45,091 nucleotides of DNA, taken from contig NMRA01000121.1 in NCBI GenBank assembly GCA_002633005.1, positions 876,849-921,939 of the forward strand. Direction: 5' to 3'. The DNA comes from Phoronis australis (lineage: Eukaryota; Animalia; Phoronida). Below, piece by piece: positions 1 through 11,800 of this stretch. The notes under the pieces were generated by a model. The model saw only the letters and a list, made by a program, of their open reading frames with translations, ran no database searches and was not told the origin of the DNA. Position numbers and translations under genes: made by a program. How positions within the stretch are numbered: the first letter of the stretch is position 1; each line of letters begins with the position of its first letter.

Positions 1-172
1 CCCCCCAACACTAAAACTGCACACATTTAAATCTTTTTCCATCCGTATAATTTTAATTACCGGGGTTTATTAATAAACTCAACATTTCCCTACGCTCTTA
101 CTGTTTTATTTTTTGCGGCAGCCCAGGGGGGGGGGCCGAGTCCCCTGCTCCCCCCCCCTAAATCCGCCTATG
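1..172. mobile_element. Right end of a non-autonomous DNA transposon (same family as 21405-22379)
   Basis: Highly similar to ~22200-22379; ends in poly-C + TAAATCCGCCTATG terminal repeat. Confidence 0.75.
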
Positions 173-253
173 ATCTACCCAATCATTCTACAAACATATA
201 ATAGTCTCTAGATTATTCCAGATTGCATTAATTACTGTCATGCTAGGGTCTTT

Positions 254-371
254 TAGAAAGTTCCACAATATACTGCAGTAAACAAATTGCATCATCACTA
301 CTGAACTCAGTCTACTAGAAAGTTCCATATTCTGTAGTAAACAAATTACATCATCATTGTACTTAACTCAG
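254..371. repeat. Two-copy ~60-bp tandem repeat
   Basis: tagaaagttcca...gtaaacaaatt(g/a)catcatca...aactcag at 254-310 and 316-371. Confidence 0.75.
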
Positions 372-3300
372 GGGTCATGCCAATCAAACTGAATATCAAA
401 ACGAAACAATACAATTAATAATACTGTCAGACTGTATTTTGACAGTCTGGCTGTTATTACCAGCTGATATAGATGTTGTAGCAAGGCCAAGTATAGAATA
501 ATTCTATTTTTGACCATGTGAAAGTTGGTGGTGAAATGGTGAACTAGACGGGTGGTGTTGCACGATTCGATGAGAGTGCATGCACGCGCTGTGAAGGCAC
601 GCCGCGCGCGCGAGACATGGACCACTACATGCCGTCAGAGTAGAGTTTTTGGAGATAAACCGTGCTTCTGTGCTAGGAACGCACCATGGACAAACTAGGC
701 TGCCAAACTCGGGGGATTTTTTAACTTGCCGCCGGCCGCGTAACCAAAGAATTAGAGAAATGACCTAGTGTTCAACATAACAAAATTGTTCTCGTGCATA
801 GATTCAAACGTATCCCTGAACTCATGATATACGATTTTAGTGGAAAGCAATATAAGAAACTTTTTGGTAACTTGAGAATCTCACCCAAGCAACGCTATTT
901 GTGCTGAACGTGCTACTTTCTCATCCACGCTAAGAGGATAATCCCTGTGCATTTTGAAAAAAAATCGAGGTAAAATTGGATTTTTTGAAAAATAAAAAAT
1001 ACGATTTTTTAAAAAAAGCGAACAACAATAAAAACTTTTTTTTTGATTTTTGTCACTTTCAGAGTCATTTCTAATTAGTTAAAGTCCTTCTCTCACGCGT
1101 TGTTAACGCTTATTACGTGGTTAGAGGATGTTATAAGGATCCAAGAAGTACCTACCCCATAACTAATACACGATCCGTACTCGAAAAAAGTTTAAATGAA
1201 CGCGCCACTCACGATTCGCACCCGAAGAACCACCGCCATTTTCAACTTGCCGCGAACCCGGAAGTACAATTCATTCAGGAACCCAGAGAAAACGCTGTCA
1301 GTGCGACTGGAGCAGTGCCTGTACTGTTACCAGCCAGCAAACGGGGATAAAATAATCGACAGCGCGCCTTAATTTTAATAAAACCAAACTACGGACAATT
1401 TTATCGAATTTGCTGAAGAAATGTGGCGAATAAATTTTGACAAATTATTTTGCCAGACTCGGGACCGCAGCCTATCGGACCCGATGCGGATCGAGACCAG
1501 ACACTGGCGAACGGTAAGTGCATGCGGTTGCAAGCTGTTTTGTCGAAGTAAAATGGTCAAATCATATATGCTGCATATATTCAAGGGTAGTTCAGTCACA
1601 CTGCCGCGGCAGACCTTAGTTAGCTTCAGTCACCAGCTACCAGTGAAGACTATCGTCAAAATAGAGCTTGTTCAGTAGTAGGCGTATACAGCTTTGTGCC
1701 AAGGCTACCCTTAGGCCTAACTGGTCGCTGGCCACAGCGCTCGTTCAAACGAGGTTTATTTAGAACTTGGGTACTTCTGGCGAACTGTGCAAAGTTGTTG
1801 GCTTTCAATAGACTTTGTATGAGCGCACCAAGCCTAAAAGAATGGGGGGCTGGAATTTTTGGGAATGTGTATCTTTTACTATAAGATTCAGTGGGTATGT
1901 TCAGAGCTATGAACTGCAGACTCTAAATTTTGGTACTTCCTGTCTTCTAGTGGAATATTGTCTCATATTTTACTTTTTTCGGAATTCGTGCTTCTGTGAC
2001 TGAGGCAGACCTTTTTCCAATTCTCCAAAAAGGGGGCTCGTTCGAGCACATAAATATGACAAGTCCAATACAACATGTTATCATTTTTTATTCATTAACC
2101 CAAAATGATTGAAACTTTTAACATAATAAGTAACTTAAAATGCACAATACTTCACAATATTTAGCATTACAAACACTATTCAACAGCAACAGTTTCCATG
2201 ATATGAAAGTGGACATACAGGTAACTATTACCATGGTGACGGAATAGTGTTTCCTTACACCAGAATTTGACAAACATCATTTAAAAAATATGAAGTTGCA
2301 ATGAACAAGAATTAGAGTCTTGAAGCTTCACAATCCAACATAGCTTATTCCTCAAATTAAGATTATTCATATTGTTGACTTGATAACCTGAATTAAGAAG
2401 CAATAAGTTACAAAACATGACTTGTAAGCAATTGAGACTTAAAATTTAGAAAAATATGAATCTTTTTGTGAACAGCAGTTGACAGTCAAACAAAAAACTA
2501 TTTCAAAATTATTTCAACTATTTTTTAGCTTAGTGTAAGATAACCTGATTGGGAGATTTACAGTAAAGTAATTCGAATACATCTTATATTTTGCACAAAA
2601 AACACGAAAATTGAACAAAGTTTCTTTTTTGTAGCAACGTTTTTCAAAATGTATCAACGTTAAATCTTCACAAATTACAAAGTAGCCGATTGAACATGCC
2701 TTTCAGTTCAGCAAAAGTCGCCATGTTGTCGGTGCCGCCAGAAATGAGACGAAGTCCAACGGGAATTGTGAGCACATTTATCACTTAATGAGTAACAACT
2801 GCGAGGCTGAAATTTGGTGAAATCTGATAAATCGTGCAGAATAGTAAGTAAAGATATGTTTAACTAAATTTCACCGTAATTTGTTGGCGAAAACAATTTA
2901 CACAAAGTTTTAAACTCGTAACTTATCCCGCTGTCCTCCAATATGGCCAACGCGATCCAAATTTCGCCACAAAACTTGCAATAACTTTACACTGCTTGCC
3001 CCGATTTTGATACTTTTTCGATTTTTACTGAGTAGAATGCACTATCTTTCCGATGATAGCAAAGTACTTTTTCAAAACCAGAAAAAAAATAAAACCGAAA
3101 AAAATAAGTTCGCCCCATATTGGTTCCTAGGTTCGACGGCCTACGTAAGGAAGGTAAACACCAATGCTATTTTAACATACTAAGTACGCGTAACATTCCA
3201 AACAACATCATCGACCACTAACTACAAACTATAAATACACTACATATGCAAACGAATCACGAGATATTACTAACAAAACAAAATAATGAAGACTTTTCGA

Positions 3301-3859
3301 GCAAGCGATAGCACATTCAGTTACAAGGAAAAAATGGTGGCTTTCAGGACTAGTTCCTGAACTGATGAGCCGGAAATGTGGGTACGGAAATAACCGATGA
3401 CAAACGGTAATCATACGCTCAGAGAGAAGGGTCAAATACTGTTCAAAAATCGCTTTTGGCAAGAAAGGCGAAAAGAATATAAAGAAAGGTTATCGAAAAC
3501 AAGATTTTATATAGTAAGTATTTTCGGATACTGGAACCACATGGGCAGTTTGAGAGAAGGACTTTAAAAAACCCTTTATAGATAGGAACCTGGAGATTTG
3601 ACCAGTGTATACATCTACCTTAATACCGCAAGTAAACAAATCCTAACGGGAAGAAATTTATATTACTGCAATGACAAGGCATGAAATGAAACGGCTTTTT
3701 AGAAGTGTTCATAGTTCTGGTTGCATAAAATATATCTCCCATCATTTGGTTTGGCTTAGACTACAAAAAATAGAATTCGTGGTGATTTTTTAAACTTTAT
3801 AATCAACTTCGGACATGTGTGAGAACACACATGGTATAACTGATTTTTGATTGCAGTAT

Positions 3860-5222
3860 TGCACTAGGGAAGGTTGTGTGTATTTGAATGTAGTTGTAGG
3901 ATATTTCCATTCTAGTATACTGACGATAGTATTTTTCTAAGTCAAAACGTCTCTGGTGTGAAAGTATTGTTATATGCTTATGAGCGCCTTGTGTGTTTAC
4001 TCTCCAGTTAAACTACAAAAAGTACTATTTGTTTTAGATACGTGCTGTCTGGAATGAGGCATCTCCGTAAATTTAATAAAGACCAAGTGGTGTTTAGAGA
4101 CGGAGGTCCCCTGAAAAATTACGAGATGGTATTTTGGAGGTGAAAAACTTGAAGTGGTTTCCAGTTACAAGTATCTTGGTGTTGCATTCACGCCAAAGTT
4201 ATTGTGGGCTAGAGCTACTCAGACCCTGTCAGCTCAAGTCATGAAGGTCGCCATTACAATAGACAAGCTACAAGGAAGCTTGACCATGTTTCAACCGCGT
4301 GTGACTTTTGAGTTACTTGATAAATGGTTTCCTTGTGATATGGAGCCGAAATTTGGAGCTTACAAGAATACAACTGGTTAGAAAACGTGCATATTAAATT
4401 TTGTAAGTTTGTGTTGGGTGTAGCTAATTCATGCTAAAACAACTGTACTGAACGAATGTGGTCGGTTGCCGTTATTTACCAAGTACTATGATGCCGTGAA
4501 CAAGTATTGGTAGAAACTTCTCAAAATGCCTCATCGTCGTAGGGCAGCTTACGACAATTTGCATGACTTAGATCAAAATGGTGGGCACTCCCGAAATTGC
4601 GCCACATCAGTTAGAATTATATTGCCAAATTATGGATTCCAAGAAGTTTGGTTAAATCAAGGCGTTGTGTGTGAAAATACTTTTCTCCTAATTTTTAGAC
4701 TGCGAATAAGGGATTGTTATTTGCAAGGATGGAGACAAAGCGTTGAGAGTAATCATAAACTGTGTTTTCATAGTCAATTTAAAAAAGAATTCAAATTGGA
4801 TTTTTTTAAAGTTTGAATATACCCCGTGCACAAATCATTTCCACGGCACGTTTTTGTTGTTCCATCCACAGTCTCATGATTGAAGCACGCAGGTACTTGA
4901 GTTTGGATAGGGCAAACAGAGTGTGTCCCTTCTGCCCCAATGTTGTTGAATACGAATATCATTTCCTTCTAAGCTGAGATAAATATTCTGAATTGAGAGA
5001 AAATTATTTTGAAGTGTATTACTGGAATTTTCCATCTTTAACAATTTCAATAGATTAATGTCAACAAGTGATGATGCTAAAATAGTTAACCTATGTAAAT
5101 GTGTGTATTTTATACTTTTCGATTCAGTAATAGCTTTCTGCCCTCTTAAGTAGTGTTACATGATGTTCGTTTGTGCTATGGGCCTATGGCCTTCATTACA
5201 GAAATAGATTGATTGATTATAT
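3860..5222 (+). mobile_element. Decayed, 5'-truncated non-LTR retrotransposon (RT C-terminal half plus Cys/His tail)
   Basis: YTDD (YADD-like) at 3916-3927; VSSYKYLGVAFTPKL; GFQEVWLNQGV..FRLRIRDCYLQGW; RVCPFCPNVVEYEYHFLL; (GATT)n tail at ~5208-5219; many stops and frameshifts; clade not determined. Confidence 0.85.
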
Positions 5223-5624
5223 AAAATAAAACTTTTTTAAAGGCTCATGTGTCTTGTATGTACTGAAAGCGTAATAAACTAAGCAAAACTCGTTTGGATA
5301 CCGGTCACAATTCCTGAGATATTCATAAGAATGAACCTTGGGTTTAAGTGACTTATTTGTGCACTTTTTTTTCTTGTTCTTTTTTCTTTACTCGCTGTCT
5401 CAATCTTTGGACTACGAATTTACCCTCTTTGTTGCATCAATTCGTGTCTGAGAATATAACCTGTGATGGTAACAGTTGACACATCAGATGTGTCAGTGAG
5501 CGTATTTGATAAACAAACATAATGGGGACGCATTGTAAACCAATAACCATTACTGGCAATCACAAGAGATGTCTAGTTGCCAGGTGGGAGGTACTAAAAT
5601 CTATGGGAACTGGGTGCGACTTTT

Positions 5625-5714
5625 ACGCCATCTTTTATCGCCGACAGAATACTGAACAATTCTCCAAAATTCTCGCTGTTGTCGAGATACTCGTCCACTC
5701 GGCAAAATGGCGTC
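5625..5714. promoter_or_regulatory. Two YY1-like motifs at the COX5B start
   Basis: ACGCCATCTT at 5625-5634 (reverse AAGATGGCGT) and CAAAATGGCGTC at 5703-5714 overlapping the ATG; both fit the YY1 consensus (A)ANATGGCG. Confidence 0.45.
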
Positions 5715-5824
5715 TTTGTTAACTCGCACCGTCGCAGGATTAGCTCGAAGAACAACCTTAGTTTACTGTTCAAGACTGGGTTCTACTGGTGCTGTACAAA
5801 CAGATCCACAAAAAGGAAAAGCTG
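5707..5824 (+). CDS. COX5B: COX5B coding exon 1 (mitochondrial targeting peptide)
   Basis: aaaATGG start context; Arg/Ser/Leu-rich N-terminus with no acidic residue in the first ~30 aa; donor G|GTTAGT, phase 1 matches exon 2. Confidence 0.85.
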
Positions 5825-8800
5825 GTTAGTAGAGTAGTGATTAGCATTCAGGCCGTCACTGTCAGTTATATTTCAAAATTAAATAGTTACTATTGGCACA
5901 TTCCTCCGCGTGGGGCTCGCCATGGTTCAGGACACTCGGGTCACGTTCGAACAGTCAGCAGGGTCAGTGTCCTAGTTATGTTAGTTCGCATAATTGAAAG
6001 AATTTTGAAGGAATTAGTAAATTTATCCCACAGTCATCAAGTGTTGTCCTTGGTTTATCTCTGCACCAATTCCGAAAGTTGTAAGAGCATCTGATCGATA
6101 TCTGAATTACCGAATGAATTTTGCCAATTTTGGTAGTTTCTGCGTCATATCTGCCTGACCTAGTTACTAGTATGTGCCCTAGATAAACTATGAAGTTTAA
6201 TAATTAAATAATTCTTTACAAACCAAAAAATCTGTGGTTATTCATAGTGATCAACAGCATTGTCTACATTCTGCTTGACTAATAAATAGTACTGTCAGAG
6301 GTCCTAAAGTCGTGAGTGCCCAAAGTCGTGAACGATCTTATTTCCTCTTCTGCGCGGTCCTGCGACATCTGGCGTTGAAGTTTCCAGCGTTCGTCTGCTT
6401 ACGAACGTCAAACGAATACTCGGACGTGTTCGTATTCACAATATAATAACAAACAGTGAGTGAGTGGCTTCTTTTTCCAAATGTATCTTAAAAACAGCAT
6501 ATTTCACTAATTCACTTTTTTGTGCATTTTTGGGATATATTTTCGAAAATATTTATCTTTCAGATTTACTCAAACACGCGCTCCAGGGGTAGCTTGAACA
6601 ATGTATCAAAATGTCCCAGGGTCGATCAAGTTTTGTAAGGCCAAAACAATAAAATACAGAGCGATAATTGATGCTGAGTTCTTAGCGTTTTACGTGAACA
6701 ACCTCATTGAAAACGTCTGTGCACATCAAAGTTGGGTGCAAAACATATAACAATTTATTTCAATTGAAACTGAATTAATAAACAATGCGATGCATTTTTA
6801 TGTCATCTAGAGTAACTGTAAGCACTGTAGTTGACTTGTGTGGTCATACTTCGTGCAATTCCGTATAAACGAAACGTTCACGACTTTAGGGCCTCATTCA
6901 AAATGGCCGGCGATATCAGCGACTGTTTTAAAACTCTGCTTACGGATACAAACAAGGATTAAGATTGTCAAAACACATATATTTGTGAAGGCTGATATAT
7001 GTCGATGACATCACATGAACAGTTGCAAACAGACATTGGGTAGTATGACAATAAACTGCTTATTATGCTTATATTCACGACTTAAGGTCACCGGTGTATA
7101 ACACCATAGCATAGTGCACTCATTGCCTCAACTTTTTGGTCAAATATGAAATATGGACCCTATTCCCCTATTTAAAATCACCCAAAATTTCCTGTTCGGG
7201 CTCAAAAATTCCCTTGCAATGATTGAAAAAATCACTCAAGGTTAGAATCGCTCGTACAAAACATCATTTATGTCTACTTGAGGCATTGCTAGGTGCCAAC
7301 CGGTGGGGGGATTGGTGGTGATGGGAGAGGGAATTTTTCCTTCAACACGTTCGTCCAAAAAAATTCCCCTCAGAATGTACAGGCAGCATTCCCCTCAAGT
7401 GAACGAGGGTCCTGCACCAAGAATAGTGATGACAATGCACATCAATGTTAAACAACTGGTGACTTGTGTGTTAATTGGGGCTCACTCTGTACAGTGCACC
7501 GTAGGGCAAACAAAATGTTTTATTATCAATACGAAGCTCTATTTGACGACCTGCAGGTCGCCAATGCAACCTCAGATTGTGTTTAGTGACCTGGGAAACA
7601 TTCCAAGTTGCCACGAAGTTGCCAGTGCGAGTATCAAAGTCAAACTATAATTCCCTCGATCTACATTCGTTTCAAAGTTCGTGTTTACTTCCAAACTTTT
7701 CCTAGATTTATTACTTTTGATTCACAATTGTTCCATTTATTTCATTTGGCATCGTGCTTAAATTATAATAGGAAATAAACAGACAGAAGTCTGAATTTAC
7801 CGGCAAAAATTTGGCAAGTTCGGTGAAATTCACGCCACCAGCCCATGTGGTCGTTTGCATTATATCTTCGTTCGTTGGCAGGAGGAATTGAGTTAGAGAA
7901 TGAAGGTACACCTACATTTAGGCATTTATGGAGGAAATTGGTCGACGAACTTCAGAATCCATTTTGCCTGGTCACCAAATGTGATTAAGCTTTGAGCGCT
8001 GCAATAGTCCGTGTAATTTTACTACTTTTAATTAGTGCTCTGAATTTTGTACATCATCAGAAAGAAGTAGAAATTTTCTGTCAGCTGGAACACTAGCAGT
8101 GGCTTACAAATGTTGTGTTGTAGGTTTAGTTTGTCATCTAGAACTGGCACATTGACTGTAGCATTGAATCATGTACAAACAGAACCTTGACCTTGTCCTG
8201 AATTACTGAACATTTTTGTGTGATCAGTACACTGTTTATTTTCTGACTGTTTTTCGCCCATCTGGTTTTAACTTCCATGTAATTGTGCTACCATCATCAT
8301 TGGGTCTTGTTCGAGTTCCGTATGACTGCTGACTCGGTTTGGACAGTTACAAAAATTCAGTTCCAATTACTGCTAGTCCAAGCTGCGTCGTGTTTTTTAC
8401 TGATATTTTAACGAGTCAGGGTTTTGATATATTAATTCTTTTACTGTTTTAGTAAAATGATTCTTGTATTTTTCAAAATGTCCTCATACTTTAATAGATT
8501 GGAACGCTGTTAATTGGGATGCAAAAGTTGAGCAAACTCAACGTTATAAAGTCAGATATGAAAGTCAAGCAAACTCAAAAAACACGCTGAAAGTCGGATT
8601 CTTTGGACAATAAAAAAGTTATATCGTAGCGCAGAAAGAAAGTATGTGGGCGACCCAAAATTATTTCGTATCCACATTTGAAGATAGGCCTTTTCCTTTG
8701 TGACAAAAGACTCGAGTTCTAGGCAAGACATTGGTATGGCAGTAGCCGAACAGTGGGCATTGGGGGCAAGCCTCGATTTGGCAACCAACGCTACTTTAGA

Positions 8801-11800
8801 TTTTGTTTGGTGACCTTGTAAAAATCCCAGGTTGCCATGAAGACGGCGTGCACACATCCGAGCATGAGCTCAAGGCACTACAAGAGGTAAAAGTTAAAAC
8901 CGTAAGGGCCTATTCATGAAAGCTGAGGAACTGTCCCGCCTGGCCAAATCTGGCATCATCTCGTTCTGTAGAACTTCTACTGTTCGATTGGTTTCTCATT
9001 CATTCCTGAGCTATGTGATTTTGTGTTTAGGCACACGAGAAAGATTTTCTAGCCTTTATCATGATCTGAAATGAGGCGCAGGTAAGACGTGAGTAGGCCT
9101 GAAATGGTAAAGCATGGCTAGCTTCTGTTAGGTTAACAAAACAAAAACTCGTCCAAAGGTGCTAAATTAAAAAATGTACAACTTATTAACTGAGGGTCCA
9201 TGAGATGCCTTGTCACATGAGACAGGCATTTGCACCATGATTATCTAGTTGAATAAAGTTTTGAGCTGAATTCTGCTCTTTTGACAGGTAATCTCTTAAC
9301 CATTCTGAAAAAAACGAAATTGAATAAAGAAGCTGGACCGCGGATCACAAACCCAACCAAGAATTTTCAGCCTTTTCTCCCTCTGAGGCAAAATCAAATA
9401 AATTACAGAGGTGCTGTAATTTATGCACGCGCTTGGGTCAAAGGAACTACCATGTAAAGCTAGTCATGCCTATTGAAAAAAGCGCAAGATATTGGCCCTT
9501 CAATTAGAACATAAATGTTTTGATTTTCAACTTTTTTAATGCATTGCTGCTTGTACAAGAAGAAAAATTCATATTGTAGAAATATGACCATTGACGAAAT
9601 TTTGGAATAGTTGTATTTTAAGTGTGTCAAAATAACATTCCTTTTTCAATTTACATGACAGACTGTAAATCTTTTTATTGCCTGTTGGCCATTTGTCATG
9701 CTCTACTCCTACGTGATAAAGATGGCCTAGAAAACAGCTGCAGCTGAAGTGATGTAATTTCTGGGGTATTCACTCTTGAGTCACTTGAGTCCAATGTCCA
9801 CGTTTTTCATTTCACTTTCATATTCACTTTCCTTTAACCACCCTGGTAAATTTGCAGTTTCCATGAACTTCTGTCAGCAGTGATGTGATTTAAATTCTTT
9901 TATGCTATAGTGTCTGGCATCATGTAAGCGTTATTGAGGCAGTTTATGATCTAATAAAAATTTGAAGCTGTGAGGATTTATTTCCTGGTTCTTATTATAA
10001 TGGGGCTGGCTCAGTGTAAACGGGTCAAACTTAATGTGGGTAGAAATGCTTTGATTTGTTGAACAAATAAGTGGACGCAGGCCACTGAACTTGTAGGAGT
10101 GTGTTAGACGTGGAAGTTATCGCGTTTCTTTTTGTCTGCTCTATTGTGATAAAATTTCCTTTGGTAGGCTGTGAAATTTAGGACATAACAGTGACATTCT
10201 TATGTGAACATTGGTGGAAATAACCCCGTGTAGTTTTCGGACAAATTTTTACTTCGAAATTTGGCTATTTTTTTGTCCAAAAGTGCTAAAATTTCACCAT
10301 ACCCCATAACTGTACTTAGTTTTTAGTCATTGCAGTACTGGATCGAAACGTTTACCATAAATTTCTTGTTTGAGTAATGCTGTTGAGCTGTTTAGCTCTT
10401 ATTTCGTCAATGCTTCATTGACAGATGGTGATGGACATCCAACTGCATTGATGGTCTGCTAAATTTTAGCTGACCATTTCTAACACTAAGAAACACATAG
10501 TTCAAGGTCAATGCCCTTCTGTGTCTAAAAACAAACTCTTGTGCTGTAGAGCTGCTAAAACAGTCAGAGGGTCATTTTTGCTGACCTTGTTTCTTGTTTC
10601 CATGCATTGTGAAGTTGTGGTTGTATATTTTTTCCTGTTAAATATAGTGTATGAAAATAAATGAGACAAAAAGTGGTTGTTTTTACGTAGCAGTCTGCAT
10701 AGGTTTGTGTCATTAGCAAGTGTTTAGCATCTTCTTGACCTATTTAACGGTGTCAATTTTCTTTTTCAGCCTCTGACCAAGTCACAATGCCTGATACTCT
10801 TGGCCATGCTGTCGGTCCAGAACGATTTGAACTTTTAGCCCAGCTTCATGGTAATGAGGTCAGTACATATCTCTCCCTGGTAGCCAGTTGTCATTGTTGG
10901 TGATAGAACTAATCTCCAACGTGACAAATGTACCTGTAAATCGATATCTATATCGTTTAATGGGGTTAAGAAGAGATTTTCTCAGAGCATGATAACACTT
11001 TATAGACCAACAAAAAGAAGAAATTTTGAATTTTATTATAGGTGGGTCATTATCACATTTTTGCAGTCTGAAAACCAACACATTGACCTAGTGGACATGT
11101 CAGTAATTGTTTTATTGCATCTAGATTTTTATATGTGGGCGCATTATGCTGTCACCCCTGTCCGTTCGGTGTCTGCTGCTCTATCTCCTAAACCCTTCAA
11201 TGTATGTTCATGAAAATTTGCATTGTCCTGTCTTCCATTCTTGGATGGGACAGCATGGGCGAACTTTCAGATGGATCCGACTACCAGTGGACCCTCTAGT
11301 GACAATTTAAGTTTTTTACGTTAACCTCTGTATGTTCAAAGGTCGGATTGTCATAAAATATGGGAGATAGGCATCTATTGGTGAGATGATGCTATCCTCG
11401 CGTTATCGGATGGATTCAAGGTATTCTGCCTTATGTAGCGGCCATTTTTACTATTTTTAGTCTGTTTTTGGCATCCACCCTTCTATCAACCAAACCACTC
11501 TAAGGATGATTGAAAATTGGCATAAATGTTCCTACTACAGCAGTGCTCCCTAGTGGCAATTTTGTTTTTTACGTTTGCGTCTGTAACTTGAGAGTTTCTT
11601 GATGCTTTTTCATGAAATCGGGCAGCACCTTTAATTTTTGTGGTGGATTTGATGTACCGTAACAGTATTTTGCACCAACTTGTGGCCATTTTAATTATTT
11701 TTGGTCTGTTTTTCATCGTCTGCTTTTGTATCTGCCAATTGCCAAGCCGCTCAGAAGTTCATTATGAAAATTGGCAGATGTGTTTCTACTGATAAGAGCA

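Noticed and set aside
660-3142. Possible TIR pair (CTAGGAAC..ATGG at ~673 versus its inverse at ~3116-3130) bounding a 2.5-kb transposon
   Set aside because: The match is short and gapped, with no TSD or transposase remnant identified
3362-3400. CTGATGA...GAAA as a second hammerhead
   Set aside because: Stem II cannot close next to GAAA, and no stem III or cleavage triplet is present
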